DNA from: Candidatus Methylomirabilota bacterium
Lineage (GTDB): Bacteria > Methylomirabilota > Methylomirabilia > Rokubacteriales > CSP1-6
Assembly (NCBI GenBank): GCA_046726415.1
Contig: JBKPAK010000281.1
Span: forward strand, 1-29,357
Reading direction: 5' to 3'
DNA length: 29,357 bases
Both the position numbers and the translations under genes were made by a program. The notes below the pieces were generated by a model. That model saw only the letters and a list, made by a program, of their open reading frames with translations, was not told the origin of the DNA and did not search any database. Shown here in pieces: positions 29,172 to 29,357 of the stretch; positions within the stretch are counted from its first letter, which is position 1; each line of letters begins with the position of its first letter.

Positions 29172-29357
29172 TCGAATCCTCCCTTGCGCCAGATGTAGGC
29201 GAACCCGAACATGAGGATGGCCAGAAACACCACCATCTCCACGAAGCCGAACCAGCCCAGCTTTCGGTAGAGCATCGCCCACGGCCACACGAAGAGCAGC
29301 TCGATATCGATGAGGATGAACAAGATCGCCACCGTCGAGAACTTGATGGCAAACCGC
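29162..29357 (-). CDS. nuoA: NADH-quinone oxidoreductase subunit A (5' end outside the window)
   Basis: Manual translation gives RFAIKFSTVAILFILIDIELLFVWPWA...YIWRKGGFEWE*. Confidence 0.93.
   Translation of the reverse strand, partial: RFAIKFSTVAILFILIDIELLFVWPWAMLYRKLGWFGFVEMVVFLAILMFGFAYIWRKGGFEWE

Overview
This is a GC-rich bacterial chromosomal window, almost entirely minus-strand housekeeping genes from a diderm. The gene styles suggest Methylomirabilota/Rokubacteria, but that is an unverified inference. Reading the minus strand from the right end: complex I genes nuoA(partial)-B-C-D-E-F-G-H-I-J-K with no nuoL/M/N, followed after 24 bp by pdhA-pdhB-pdhC-lpdA and a small lipoprotein. A plus-strand DUF948/YtxH pair is divergent from an acyl-CoA carboxylase beta subunit and a methylmalonyl-CoA mutase large subunit. 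These are followed by two exported FlgT-C-like proteins, a polyprenyl synthase and a DUF62 SAM hydrolase. Next come a plus-strand FmdB zinc-ribbon gene, a TPR lipoprotein, a probable outer-membrane beta-barrel, a third FlgT-C-like FG-GAP protein, hisS and a partial aspS. The most unusual signals are inside the nuo operon. A start-less ~35-codon phosphohexomutase (glmM-like, DGDGDR) fragment lies in the nuoB-nuoC spacer, bracketed by GATTGCG direct repeats and hairpins. A 65-bp tandem repeat between nuoD and nuoE still preserves ATGA stop/start coupling at both ends. No CRISPR array, RNA gene or transposase was seen.
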